Translations under genes and position numbers: made by a program | Shown: positions 17,805-27,659 of the stretch, piece by piece | How the letters are laid out: each line of letters starts with the position of its first letter | Numbering within the stretch: the first letter of the stretch is position 1 | Assembly: GCA_964351075.1 (NCBI GenBank) | Contig: CAYGMF010000006.1 | Span: forward strand, 1-39,076 | DNA length: 39,076 bases | DNA from: an uncultured bacterium | Lineage (GTDB): Bacteria; Chlamydiota; Chlamydiia; Chlamydiales; JAAZZY01 | Reading direction: 5' to 3' | Notes under the pieces: model-generated | Told to the model about the DNA's origin: nothing | What the model saw: only the letters and a program-made list of their open reading frames with translations | The model's database searches: none

Positions 17805-18818
17805 TTAGAGGATGAGCATGGCATCGCCGTAAGAGAAAAATTTAAACCCTTTTTCTACAGCAAGCTTATAAGCTTTTTTTGCTAGAGTTTGTCCCATAAA
17901 TGCAGAGATTAAGATAAAGAGAGAGGATTTAGGAAGATGAAAATTCGTCAAGAGGTGATCCACATATTTAAAGGTATAACCCGGTTGAATAAAAAGTCGC
18001 GTTCGAGCGCAAGAATCTGTTAGAATCCCCTCTTCTGTAGCAGCGGATTCTAGCGCTCTTAGAGTTGTAGTCCCCACACAAATCCTTCGGCCTGTTTTTT
18101 TATTAAGTCTATTCAATACCTCTTTTGGAATGCTAAAAGATTCCTCATGCATCTGATGATCACTTAATTTTTCATGAAAGATAGGTTGGAAAGTGCCAAG
18201 TCCCACATGGAGTGTTAACATTTCTTGATTTACCCCCTTGTTTTTCAACTCTTCAAGAAGCTTTGGCGTAAAATGCAACCCTGCTGTTGGCGCTGCAATT
18301 GAACCTCTTTTCTCAGCATAGACGGTTTGATAGGTGATGCGGTCTTTGGGATCGGGTTTATCCCTTTTTATGTAAGGAGGCAAAGGGATAATCCCAATCC
18401 GGTCCAGTTCGTTCATCAGGTCATCGGTTTCAAAGACGACGACTTTAGAGCTTTCATAGTCACGAATAACACTCGCTTTTAAATTTGGAGAAAATAAAAG
18501 TGTCGAGCCCTCTTTTATCTTCTTTCCAGGTTTTGCTAAAACTTCCCAAGTGTTTTTTGAGAGTTCTTTTGTAAGTAAAAGTTCAACTTTAACGCCATTT
18601 TCTTTTTGCCCTAGCAAGCGTGCAGGAAAGACTTTGGTATCATTAAAAATGAGGGTGTCTTGAGGTTCTAAAATTGAAGAGAGATCTCTGAAGGTTATTT
18701 CAGAAATCTCTTCTGTTTTTCGATCCACTACCATCAGTCTAGACTCGTCTCTTTGATCCCTTGGATACTGAGCAATCAAATCTGAGGGAAGATCAAAATC
18801 AAACTGTGATAAAAGCAT
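17805..18818 (-). CDS. queA: S-adenosylmethionine:tRNA ribosyltransferase-isomerase
   Basis: FDFDLPSDLIAQYP, SRLMVV, GAIAAPTAGLHFT-like (GSIAAPTAGLHFT), VGLGTF and VGTT..RALES. Confidence 0.9.
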   Translation of the reverse strand: MLLSQFDFDLPSDLIAQYPRDQRDESRLMVVDRKTEEISEITFRDLSSILEPQDTLIFNDTKVFPARLLGQKENGVKVELLLTKELSKNTWEVLAKPGKKIKEGSTLLFSPNLKASVIRDYESSKVVVFETDDLMNELDRIGIIPLPPYIKRDKPDPKDRITYQTVYAEKRGSIAAPTAGLHFTPKLLEELKNKGVNQEMLTLHVGLGTFQPIFHEKLSDHQMHEESFSIPKEVLNRLNKKTGRRICVGTTTLRALESAATEEGILTDSCARTRLFIQPGYTFKYVDHLLTNFHLPKSSLFILISAFMGQTLAKKAYKLAVEKGFKFFSYGDAMLIL

Positions 18819-18821
18819 TGT

Positions 18822-20024
18822 CTATTTTTTGATATCCATAAAAGCAATTTTAATGCCGGGGAAGAAAGCTTCTAGGATTTCAGCTGCATTTTTCCCTCTT
18901 TTTGCCATTTCTTGGGCGCTAAAGAGGCAAAGACCTGACCCAGATCCTTCTCCATATCCGACAAAGGAAAAGTTTTTGTCTGAATATTGTACTGAAAAAT
19001 CTGTACTTTTCAAGTTATTTTCGCCAAGCATCGCCTGAAATTGCATGATATCAAGATCTAAAGAATCTTCTTGATTCTCAAATCTGACCCCATACACCTT
19101 CTGAGAGTCACTGTCTCTGTAAAGCTCATATTTTGAAACAGAATCCCAACCTAATTTTTTAGCTAGTTCCTCTGTGTGGATATGATAAGACCAACGCGAT
19201 TCACTACGGCTAGCAAGTGCTAGAGGTGACTCTACTCCTTTATGGGAGGTAAACCCCTCTTTTCTAAAAATCAGATGATAAGGCGCTGTTTTTCCTGCGC
19301 AATTGGATGTATAGGTCGCATCGAAGAAACCTTCTTGAGTCCCGTGCTGATCTGACTTCATCACCAGATGGTGCGTTAAAGAAACGGCTTCATCCACTCC
19401 ATTGCGTCTTGAACAAACACAAGATCCTTGATAGCCTATTTCTCTAGCATCAAGGTGCCAAAAAGCAGACTCATTGCGAGTTGAGTAGAAATAAGCTTGA
19501 GTCCTAGCTGCAATAGAGAGGGCCGCTAAAACTTCAGGATGAAGTGCAGTATTAATTTTCGGGTTAAGCATTGAACTTACAAAATCTTCTACAGGTAGAA
19601 CATTGACAATACTCAACGTATTTCCTATTTGATAAACGTAGATGTCACCGGAGTATTGGATTCCATTTAAGAGGATATAGGTGTCTTCATTTTTAGGAAC
19701 AAGCGCGAGTTGAAAAACACCTGGAAATTGTTCTCCCCATGCAATCCCGTCTAAAGTCGGTCGAAGAAGGAACTGTTTATTCATATAACCTTTAGAAACT
19801 TTGGTCATGTCTTTTGGATTATAAATTTTGTAGCCACCTCGAACTTCTAAGTTAGCAGCATCAATGTCTTTATAAAGTAGCACCTTAATCAATCCTAAAT
19901 TAGAAGGTTGCTCTATTGTGACATGGCGACTTGGCAAGACACTTGCCTGGAGAGTAAAACTCCCAATTAACAAAAACAGACCTAAACAGGCTCGTAAACG
20001 CATAGTATACCTCTTTAACAACAT
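18822..20024 (-). CDS. spoIID: SpoIID/LytB-domain protein (peptidoglycan-remodelling, chlamydial SpoIID homolog)
   Basis: N-terminal signal peptide. SpoIID-type motifs are present: ALSIAARTQAYFY, the following Y-Q-G region (EIGYQGS) and YTSNCAGKT (family pattern YhSxCGGxT). The start overlaps the ruvB stop by 1 nt (TAATG). Confidence 0.7.
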   Translation of the reverse strand: MLLKRYTMRLRACLGLFLLIGSFTLQASVLPSRHVTIEQPSNLGLIKVLLYKDIDAANLEVRGGYKIYNPKDMTKVSKGYMNKQFLLRPTLDGIAWGEQFPGVFQLALVPKNEDTYILLNGIQYSGDIYVYQIGNTLSIVNVLPVEDFVSSMLNPKINTALHPEVLAALSIAARTQAYFYSTRNESAFWHLDAREIGYQGSCVCSRRNGVDEAVSLTHHLVMKSDQHGTQEGFFDATYTSNCAGKTAPYHLIFRKEGFTSHKGVESPLALASRSESRWSYHIHTEELAKKLGWDSVSKYELYRDSDSQKVYGVRFENQEDSLDLDIMQFQAMLGENNLKSTDFSVQYSDKNFSFVGYGEGSGSGLCLFSAQEMAKRGKNAAEILEAFFPGIKIAFMDIKK

Positions 20025-21022
20025 TACTTTTTTTTCTTTAGATGTTCATAACCTAAAGGAGTCACTTCTCGTCCACGAGAAGTTCTTTTAATAAAACCTT
20101 GCATGATCAAATAGGGCTCATAGACTTCTTCAAGAGTTGACGCTTCTTCCCCAACAGCCACAGCCAAGGTATTTAATCCTACTGGCCCCCCGTTATAATG
20201 ATCTATTATAATAAATAAAATCTTTTTATCCATTTCATCTAAACCGAGGCCATCAATTGCGAGCATTTTCGCAGCTCTCTCCACTATTTTTTCTGTGATA
20301 ACCCCTCCCCCTTTTATTTGAGAGAAGTCTCTAACCCATCGAAATAAGTTGTTTGCAATGCGCGGAGTCCCTCTGGATCTCTTTGCAATTTCTAAAGCAG
20401 CGGGGTCATCGATTTTTGTTTTTAAAATGGAGGCAGATCTTTTAATAATTTCTTTTAGAGTTTCAGGTTCATAAAAATCAAGTCTAAAATTGAGTGCAAA
20501 CCTTGAGCGCATAGGCGCAGTTAAAAGGCCTTGCTTAGTCGTTGCACCAATTAATGAAAAAGGATTGAGTTTGACTTGAACAGATCTTGCATGAGCGCCG
20601 CTATCAATAATAAGGTCTAAAGTGTAGTCTTCCATAGCTGGGTAAAGATATTCTTCAACGACTCTATTGAGTCTATGAATTTCATCAATAAATAAAATAT
20701 CACCTACTTGCAAGTTAGTTAAAATTCCTGCGAGGTCGCTTGGCTTTTCTAAAATAGGACCCGAGGTCATCACAATATTTGCGCCCACCTCTTTAGCTAC
20801 GATTGCAGCTAGAGTTGTTTTTCCAAGTCCAGGAGGTCCACTAAAAAGAGCGTGACGTAAAACATCGTTTCTTTTTTTTGCAGCCTGAATAAAAACGTCT
20901 AGGCGCTCAAGGATACTAGATTGCCCTGAAAAATCTTTTAGATATTGGGGCCTAAGTGGCCCTTCATAGCTTTTATCTTCTTCAGATAATGCACTTAGGG
21001 GGTTAGTTTCTGAACTTTCCAT
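20024..21022 (-). CDS. ruvB: Holliday junction branch migration ATPase RuvB
   Basis: LRPQYLKDFSGQ, Walker A GPPGLGKTTLA, Walker B ILFIDEIHRL, the TT..G.L..P.RSRF sensor region and RGTPRIANNL. Confidence 0.95.
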   Translation of the reverse strand: MESSETNPLSALSEEDKSYEGPLRPQYLKDFSGQSSILERLDVFIQAAKKRNDVLRHALFSGPPGLGKTTLAAIVAKEVGANIVMTSGPILEKPSDLAGILTNLQVGDILFIDEIHRLNRVVEEYLYPAMEDYTLDLIIDSGAHARSVQVKLNPFSLIGATTKQGLLTAPMRSRFALNFRLDFYEPETLKEIIKRSASILKTKIDDPAALEIAKRSRGTPRIANNLFRWVRDFSQIKGGGVITEKIVERAAKMLAIDGLGLDEMDKKILFIIIDHYNGGPVGLNTLAVAVGEEASTLEEVYEPYLIMQGFIKRTSRGREVTPLGYEHLKKKK

Positions 21023-21121
21023 TTTTTTAGTGTAAAAATTGTAGCAATAAAATGAACTTTGTTTCTATCTTAGTCAAATTGAACGAATAAAAGAAATCCA
21101 AAAAAATTCGGAGAGAAAAAA

Positions 21122-21742
21122 ATGGCAATCAAATCAGATCGTTGGATCAAAAAAATGGCCCTTGAACATAAAATGATCGAACCTTTTGTAGATCGACAAA
21201 TTGCAACTAAACAAGAAGTAGATGAGCTAACACCTTCTAAAGGTGGAACGCAACTACTTGAAGCAGCCCCTAAAAAAGCGATCTCTTGTGGCCTTTCTTC
21301 TTATGGATATGATGTTCGTGTTTCCAACAAATTTAAAGTGTTTACAAATGTTCACAATTCAATTGTAGACCCTAAAAACTTTCAAGCGAATTCCTTTGTA
21401 GATATTGAAGCCGATGTTTGCATTGTCCCTCCCAATTCTTTTGCGCTCGCAGTAAGCGTGGAATACTTTCGAATTCCTAGAAACGTCCTCACGATTTGTT
21501 TAGGGAAGTCCACTTATGCGCGCTGCGGAATTATTGTAAATGTCACTCCATTTGAACCTGAATGGGAAGGATATGTCACACTTGAAATTTCCAACACGAC
21601 TCCCCTGCCTGCAAAAATCTATGCCTTTGAAGGACTTGCTCAAGTGCTCTTTTTTGAATCTGATGAAGATTGCGAAGTCTCTTACGCCATGCGAAAAGGA
21701 AAATATATGAGACAAGAGGGAATTACGATTCCGACTGTTTAA
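21122..21742 (+). CDS. dcd: dCTP deaminase
   Basis: [66 protein letters not shown] and EG.AQVLFF. Confidence 0.9.
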   Translation: MAIKSDRWIKKMALEHKMIEPFVDRQIATKQEVDELTPSKGGTQLLEAAPKKAISCGLSSYGYDVRVSNKFKVFTNVHNSIVDPKNFQANSFVDIEADVCIVPPNSFALAVSVEYFRIPRNVLTICLGKSTYARCGIIVNVTPFEPEWEGYVTLEISNTTPLPAKIYAFEGLAQVLFFESDEDCEVSYAMRKGKYMRQEGITIPTV

Positions 21743-21921
21743 GAAGACAGGGTTATCGAGACCCTATCCTATTTCTTAATCAATTTTGATCTTAACAGCT
21801 TTTATTTTTTGTGCAAGTGGATTCCTCCTTTGGAGAGAATAGCAGTTAAAATCTTGACAGGATCTTAATCATTATTTTAAAATTTCAGGCACCTTATTTG
21901 ATAAAGCAGTATCAGCGAGAA

Positions 21922-23163
21922 ATGTCTATCCTTATTACAAGTACTTACAGAGCTCTAAGCGATTTAACATCGGCCGCTTATCGTGAAGTTAAAAAAAGAC
22001 CCAAGACCACATTTGCTGCTGTTTTAGGGCTGGCGGCTTTTGGGTACGCCTATCAGAACCCTTCTTCTTTTTCATTTGATCTCTCATCTATAAATCTTTT
22101 TGGAGGGGCTTCCGAAAATAATGAAATTAATGTCCCTGCAATATTGAGTGAAAATAAGCGCTGCACTGGACTTAAAATGAAAGAGGATCCAAGGTGCAAA
22201 GAAGATCCAAATGCTCCAGCAGCCTTAGGAGATAAAGGGCGCTATGAAGATCTAGATCTCCCTATTTTCTCCTCTTTGAAGCTAGCTATTGATAAAGGCT
22301 CTATAGAGCTTCTTCAAAAAGCGAATAAAGAGGGTTTGTTTTCTAAAGTGGACTCTTTAACGCTAGATCTTATTACGGAGTATACTGCGTATGCAGGAGC
22401 CCCAAACACCTTAAAAGAAGTGGTCCGTATGCACCCTAAGCCTACAAAAATCCACTTACCCTCTCTTTTACAGCATGGGCAATCACATCTCAATCAGACT
22501 CTAACTGAAACTGGTCTTTTTAATACTTTTGAAAAAGAAATCTCAGACCCTTCAGTTTACCTCTTAGGTTTTTTTCCCTACTCTGATCCTTTCTCAGCTA
22601 TGAATAGAGCAGCTCTTTTGACGAGCTTAGTCCCTCATAAGCCAGATTATGTGGAGAGATTTCTCGACAAATGTGCTTATTTCAAGACAAGTATCACAAC
22701 GCAACTTTATAAAGTAGATGCCCTAGCTCTTCTTCGAGCAAGTATGGAACATGAGCACGTAGAGCTTACGGAGAAAATTATCTCTAACTTCCAGGATCTT
22801 TCAACAGCTGAGCTTTTTACTCTGATAAAAAACTTGGATGAGGCAAATCTGACTAAAAATCAAGAACTTGCCTACTTAAAATTAGTAAAGAGCAGGGCCT
22901 TTAATCAGTTCACTCTTTTGGATATTGCGAAGCTTCCCATTACAGCTCAACGCTCAAGCCAAGTTGGAGATGCATTAAGAGCACGTTATAGTGAGTTAAT
23001 GGAAACGCAAAAAACTTCTCTTACTGAAGAAGATTTCAAAGAGCTCATAAGCCATTTAGGAGAAGGCCATACTCTAGCGATTATAACGCAGCCTGAAGAG
23101 AAACCTCACGAAGATTCGGAGGAAGATTTGCCTGAAACGCCCTTCTATAATCGAGCGAGTTAA
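21922..23163 (+). CDS. hypothetical membrane-anchored protein
   Basis: The ORF is long and open. I prefer ATG 21922 over the TTG at 21898 used by the ORF track. There is one N-terminal TM segment (TTFAAVLGLAAFGYAY) and an acidic C-terminus. I recognise no family. Confidence 0.55.
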   Translation: MSILITSTYRALSDLTSAAYREVKKRPKTTFAAVLGLAAFGYAYQNPSSFSFDLSSINLFGGASENNEINVPAILSENKRCTGLKMKEDPRCKEDPNAPAALGDKGRYEDLDLPIFSSLKLAIDKGSIELLQKANKEGLFSKVDSLTLDLITEYTAYAGAPNTLKEVVRMHPKPTKIHLPSLLQHGQSHLNQTLTETGLFNTFEKEISDPSVYLLGFFPYSDPFSAMNRAALLTSLVPHKPDYVERFLDKCAYFKTSITTQLYKVDALALLRASMEHEHVELTEKIISNFQDLSTAELFTLIKNLDEANLTKNQELAYLKLVKSRAFNQFTLLDIAKLPITAQRSSQVGDALRARYSELMETQKTSLTEEDFKELISHLGEGHTLAIITQPEEKPHEDSEEDLPETPFYNRAS

Positions 23164-23332
23164 TTTTTTTAAAAAAGAGCTTGTTTTTATTTTTTCGTTG
23201 CTAGATCTTAAGAAAAAAAATAATTTAAACGCTTTTACTTGCATTTAACCCCAGGAATTAGAGAATGAGGTCAGGGGGCAGGCAAAAAAGAGTGCTCCAC
23301 TTGTTAGAGTTATGTTACGTTAGGAAAAGAAA

Positions 23333-23671
23333 GTGAAGGGAGTATCTCCGTCCATACGCACTAGAGACAAGACGCTAATAGCGAAGCTTATAGATGAGCT
23401 ATTTGTTCGTTCTTGGTGGGTCATTGTTTTTGTAGCTCTCAATTTTTGCATTTTCAATCCGATTCTAAAACATTTAGACTCAGGGGAAAATAAACTACGT
23501 TCTTCATTAGGTTCCCTTCAGCAAGAAAAACATCTAGCCCTCAACAAAAAACATCATTTGGAACTTCAGCTAGATAGTCAAGAGGACCCTTTTTGGGTGG
23601 AGATGATCTTAAAGAAAGAGCTGGGGCTCGTCTCTGAGGGACAAACGAAGGTACATTTTATAACTCATTAG
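23333..23671 (+). CDS. FtsB/DivIC-like septum-formation-initiator family protein
   Basis: A single TM segment (WWVIVFVALNFCIF) is followed by a coiled-coil region, then DPFWVEMILKKELGLVSEGQTKVHF, which matches the family C-terminus (DP.yiE..aR..LG....GE....F). GTG start; the stop lies 5 nt before the next gene. Confidence 0.5.
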   Translation: MKGVSPSIRTRDKTLIAKLIDELFVRSWWVIVFVALNFCIFNPILKHLDSGENKLRSSLGSLQQEKHLALNKKHHLELQLDSQEDPFWVEMILKKELGLVSEGQTKVHFITH

Positions 23672-23676
23672 AATCT

Positions 23677-24918
23677 ATGGCCATTCTACTTCTCTTACTC
23701 CTAACCCTAATCTCAGCTACCTTTTCAGCATCAGAAACGGCTCATTTTTCATTATCTCCAATGAAAATCCGAGATTACCAAGAAGATTCTAATCCAAGGA
23801 AGCGCCTTATTGCCAATCTTCTAAAATCTCCCTTGGAGCTTTTAGTGACAATTTTAATGATTAATGTTTTGGTGAACATTCTCATTCAAGATACAGTTTC
23901 CCATATTTTTGGCACGAAATCGAGCTGGCTTTTAACTGTAGGTGTTCCTCTTGTTATTACCTTAGTTTTTGGTGAAATCATTCCAAAAACTTTAGCCTTA
24001 GCTCATAACTCTCGCTTTGCTTATTTCATAGCTCCCTTAATTGCAACTGCGCGCTCAATCTTGGGGCCTGTTCGTCGAGCGCTCACTATCTTTACGAGTA
24101 TGATGACGAAGTTCATTTTCTTCTTTCTCAAAAAAGAAATGGCTATCACAAAAGATGAACTCAAGCACGCCCTAAAAGCTGGCCGGGAAAGAGGACTTTT
24201 AAATACTCGTGAAGCCGCTTTAATGCAGGGTTACATCTACCTTTCACATAAAGCGGTTAAAGACTTCAAAAGACCTCGCGAGGATATTATTTACTACGAC
24301 CTTAAAGAACCCCTCTCTAAGCTTGAACACATTTTAGTGGACCAGGAGGTTTCTAGACTTCCAGTTACTGAAGGAGGCGATCTGGAAAACATTAAAGGAA
24401 TTATCAGCGTTCGCAATTACTTTTTGCAGAAGGAAAAGTTATCTAATGCTGAGGATTTAATCCCCTTTTTGATGAAGCCCTATTTTGTCCCAGAATCAAT
24501 GCCGGCGAAGAACCTTCTTAGATATCTGGACAACAAAGGTAAATCTATTGCCATAGTAGTCGATGAGTACGGCTCCATTTCAGGGTTAGTGACACAAGAG
24601 GACTTGATTGAGGTTGTCGTTGGAGAAATTTCAGATCGTCGCGATGTTAAAGAGAGTTATACCCCTGCTGGAAAAGATGCTATTATTGCAAGCGGCAAGC
24701 TTGAACTTACAGAATTTGAAAATATATTTGGAACGCACCTTGTTAGCGCAGGAAACATGGTCACCATAAATGGATGGCTCATCGAAAAAATAGGAACTCT
24801 TCCAAAAACAGGTGACAAGCTTACTGAAGAAGGATTTTTCTTTCATATTCTTGCAACAGACCCTAATCGCATCCGCCGTATCTATATTCGAAAAATTAAA
24901 AACCAAAAAAAGGGATAA
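23677..24918 (+). CDS. DUF21(CNNM)-CBS pair-CorC/HlyC transporter-associated protein (TlyC/CorC family)
   Basis: Four N-terminal TM helices (LLLTLISATFSASETA.., GEIIPKT), a central CBS pair (V.DFKRPREDIIYYD.., SIAIVVDEYGSISGLVTQEDLIEVVVGEI) and a C-terminal CorC_HlyC-like domain. Confidence 0.85.
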   Translation: MAILLLLLLTLISATFSASETAHFSLSPMKIRDYQEDSNPRKRLIANLLKSPLELLVTILMINVLVNILIQDTVSHIFGTKSSWLLTVGVPLVITLVFGEIIPKTLALAHNSRFAYFIAPLIATARSILGPVRRALTIFTSMMTKFIFFFLKKEMAITKDELKHALKAGRERGLLNTREAALMQGYIYLSHKAVKDFKRPREDIIYYDLKEPLSKLEHILVDQEVSRLPVTEGGDLENIKGIISVRNYFLQKEKLSNAEDLIPFLMKPYFVPESMPAKNLLRYLDNKGKSIAIVVDEYGSISGLVTQEDLIEVVVGEISDRRDVKESYTPAGKDAIIASGKLELTEFENIFGTHLVSAGNMVTINGWLIEKIGTLPKTGDKLTEEGFFFHILATDPNRIRRIYIRKIKNQKKG

Positions 24919-24919
24919 T

Positions 24920-26158
24920 GTGAATACAGCAGCATTTTGGCTTTCGATCACTCTCTTTTGTGTTTTAGTCCAAGCTTTCTTCGCGATGATGGAGATGGCT
25001 GCTGTATCTTACAACAAAGTTCGCCTTCAGTATCATGTCTCCAAGGGTTCTAAGCGAGCCAAATGGCTCTCTAGTCTCATTTCTAATCCCCCAAGACTTT
25101 TTGGAACAGCCCTTTTTGGTGTCAACCTTGCCCTTCAAGTAGGCTCTGAGTGCTCAAGAAGACTTTATTTAGCTCTTGGAATAAACCCAGACTTAGCGCC
25201 TATAACTCAGGTCCTTATTGTACTCGTTTTTGCTGAACTTACTCCTATTTTTGCAGCTAGAAAATATTCTGGACAAGTCATCATGGCGGGGATCCCTGTT
25301 CTTTATACTCTATCCAAACTCTTAATTCCTGTTACTTGGACAATTGGCCTCATTAGCCAAACCATTAATTATTTGGTGACTGGTTCTAAAGAGGTTCACT
25401 TGATGAACATTACTCGAGATGAGCTGCAAAGAGCACTTGAAGAGCAAAGTCATGAAGTGAGGCCGATAGGCGATGATCCTGACTTTAACCTCCTTGTTGG
25501 AAACATTTTAAATTTACAGAATAAAGAAGCTGCTCACTTGATGATTCCCCTTCATCAGGTCCATATGGTGTCGAGCACACATACCGGGGAAAAAATACGA
25601 GAGATGCTCGATAAATCGTATCACCCCTTTCTACCGGTCTATGAGGAGGATCGTACTAACATTATCGGAATTATCGATACACGAGACCTTATCAAGTCTG
25701 ATTTAAAAAAGGAGAGCAAATCCTTTGTCGAGCCTCCATGGTTTGTAATTTTAGATGCCTCAGCAAGTGAGATTTTGAATCAGTTCAGGCACAACGAACA
25801 GAATGTAGCAGTTGTACTTGATAATGAGGGACAAGCTCTTGGAATTTTAACTTTAGATCTGATTATTAAAGCGCTATTTGGAGAAGGTATTGAAGATCCT
25901 CTTCCTCTCTTGGAAAGTAAAAAAACTTCTTTATTAGACAGAACTCTTCCAGGAGAGTTGTTAATTAAAGATTTTAATCAACACTTCAATGCCGAAATAG
26001 AGCACTTAGGCTGTTCTAATTTAGGAGAGCTTGTACATCAAATTTTGGGCCATCACCCTGAAATTGGGGAACTTATCAGAGTTGGCCCCTTTGAAATGAA
26101 GATTGAAGAAGTTTCTTTAGGTCATATTAAAAGTGTCTTAGTTCGCTCTATTATATAG
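24920..26158 (+). CDS. second DUF21-CBS-CorC/HlyC protein (paralog of the preceding gene)
   Basis: The domain order is the same (AMMEMAAVS.., AELTPIF, a CBS pair with NVAVVLDNEGQALGILTLDLI). I place the start at GTG 24920, with AAGGGA 5 nt upstream, directly after the preceding stop. The track start at 24812 would overlap the previous gene by 107 nt. Confidence 0.8.
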   Translation: MNTAAFWLSITLFCVLVQAFFAMMEMAAVSYNKVRLQYHVSKGSKRAKWLSSLISNPPRLFGTALFGVNLALQVGSECSRRLYLALGINPDLAPITQVLIVLVFAELTPIFAARKYSGQVIMAGIPVLYTLSKLLIPVTWTIGLISQTINYLVTGSKEVHLMNITRDELQRALEEQSHEVRPIGDDPDFNLLVGNILNLQNKEAAHLMIPLHQVHMVSSTHTGEKIREMLDKSYHPFLPVYEEDRTNIIGIIDTRDLIKSDLKKESKSFVEPPWFVILDASASEILNQFRHNEQNVAVVLDNEGQALGILTLDLIIKALFGEGIEDPLPLLESKKTSLLDRTLPGELLIKDFNQHFNAEIEHLGCSNLGELVHQILGHHPEIGELIRVGPFEMKIEEVSLGHIKSVLVRSII

Positions 26159-26309
26159 AATATTCAATCACTATTATTTAATTTATTTTAATTATTAAAT
26201 TAAAAAGGGCAATTAACTATAATAGATCCTATTAAGAAAAAATAACTTTACAATAAGCGCTCACTTGGAGTATCGTCCCAAAACTCTTTCTTGCAGGATT
26301 TTTTAACCA

Positions 26310-27659
26310 ATGTTGATCAAAGCTCTTCATTTTCTCAATCATTATCTCACACTAGCTGTGATCTTTCCTGCACTTATAGCTTTAGGTGTTTATTTAACGA
26401 TACGCTTAAGGGCTATCCAGTTTACAAAACTCAAACTAGGGTTTAAACACCTTTTAAAAAAGGATCCCGATAGTGAGGGCAACATCTCCAACTTTGAAGC
26501 GGTCTCTGCTGTTTTAGCAGGAAACTTGGGAACCGGTAATATTTCTGGGATGGCCATTGCATTGACTCTTGGAGGGCCTGGCGCTCTAGTCTGGATGTGG
26601 GTGATGGCAACACTTGGGACAGTCATTAAGTTTGCAGGTTGTTTTCTAGGACTTAAGTACCGCGAGAAAAACAGAGATGGGGAATATGTAGGGGGACCTA
26701 TGTACTACTTATCGAAAGGGCTTGGCTTTAAAAAAATAGCGGTAGGCTTTTCAATAGCTGCTATTTTAACCTCTTTAACAGTTGGAAACTTAGTTCAAGT
26801 AAACTCTATGTTTCTTCCTCTTCAGAAGACCGGAATCCCCCCCCATTACCTAGTTGCACTTCTTGTTGTTCTAACAGGCATCTTACTCTTAGGTGGTCTT
26901 AAGAGGATAGCCAAAGTTATGGGGGCTTTAGTTCCCTTTATGACAGGGATCTATTTACTTTCTGCTTTAACTATTTTAGCCCTCCACGCATCAGCACTTC
27001 CAAGTGCCATTATTTTGATGTTTAAAGCTGCTGTTTCTCCAACAGCTCTTATTGGCGGAACTTTAGGGTATGGAGTTATTCACGCGATAACAAGCGGCTT
27101 TGATCGTGGTATTTTTGCAACTGATGCAGGTTGTGGAATAGCCCCTATTTTACAATCGGGCGCCCGTTGTAAAAAGCCAATTATGGAAGGGATTGTGGGG
27201 ATGATAGCCCCTTTCATCGTGATGGTGATTTGCACAGTTACGGCTCTCGTTCTCATAGTCACTAATGCGATGGGTCTTTCTTTAGAACAAAGTACTAATA
27301 TGTGCACATGGGCCTTTCATCATGGACTCGGCCATCCTATTGGGGAATACATTGTGGTATTCTCGCTCATTCTCTTTGCATTCACCACTATTATCACGTG
27401 GGCTTACTGCGGAGAAAAAGCCATCGAATTCTTAGGTTCTCCTAAATCTATCAAAGCCTTTAAAGTTTTATTCTTAGCTATTCTTCCTGTTGGAGCCTAT
27501 TGCAAAATAGAGATCGTTTGGCTACTTGCTGACCTCTCTATTGCCCTTATGCTCTTAACAAATTTAATAGGTGTTTTTGGTCTTTCAAAAGAAGTGATTC
27601 GCGAGACCAACGAAGAGTTTAGTGCAAAAGAAGTTGCTCCTCAACTTACTGAGAAGTAG
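26310..27659 (+). CDS. alanine/glycine:cation symporter (AGCS family)
   Basis: ISNFEAVSAVLAGNLGTGNISGMAIALTLGGPGALVWMWV matches the AGCS signature region. The protein has about 11 predicted TM helices and a family-typical length of 449 aa. Confidence 0.85.
   Translation: MLIKALHFLNHYLTLAVIFPALIALGVYLTIRLRAIQFTKLKLGFKHLLKKDPDSEGNISNFEAVSAVLAGNLGTGNISGMAIALTLGGPGALVWMWVMATLGTVIKFAGCFLGLKYREKNRDGEYVGGPMYYLSKGLGFKKIAVGFSIAAILTSLTVGNLVQVNSMFLPLQKTGIPPHYLVALLVVLTGILLLGGLKRIAKVMGALVPFMTGIYLLSALTILALHASALPSAIILMFKAAVSPTALIGGTLGYGVIHAITSGFDRGIFATDAGCGIAPILQSGARCKKPIMEGIVGMIAPFIVMVICTVTALVLIVTNAMGLSLEQSTNMCTWAFHHGLGHPIGEYIVVFSLILFAFTTIITWAYCGEKAIEFLGSPKSIKAFKVLFLAILPVGAYCKIEIVWLLADLSIALMLLTNLIGVFGLSKEVIRETNEEFSAKEVAPQLTEK

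Noticed and set aside
24812-24919. N-terminal extension of the second DUF21-CBS gene, overlapping the first by 107 nt
   Set aside because: The paralog begins directly with the first TM helix. GTG 24920 has an AAGGGA Shine-Dalgarno and lies right after the upstream stop. The extension (MTSLLKKDFSFIFLQQTLIAS...) has no counterpart in the paralog.
26178-26203. AT-only inverted repeat TTAATTTA-N10-TAAATTAA after the second DUF21-CBS gene
   Set aside because: An all-A/T 8-bp stem is thermodynamically weak, and such palindromes occur by chance in AT-rich spacers. I do not call it a terminator.
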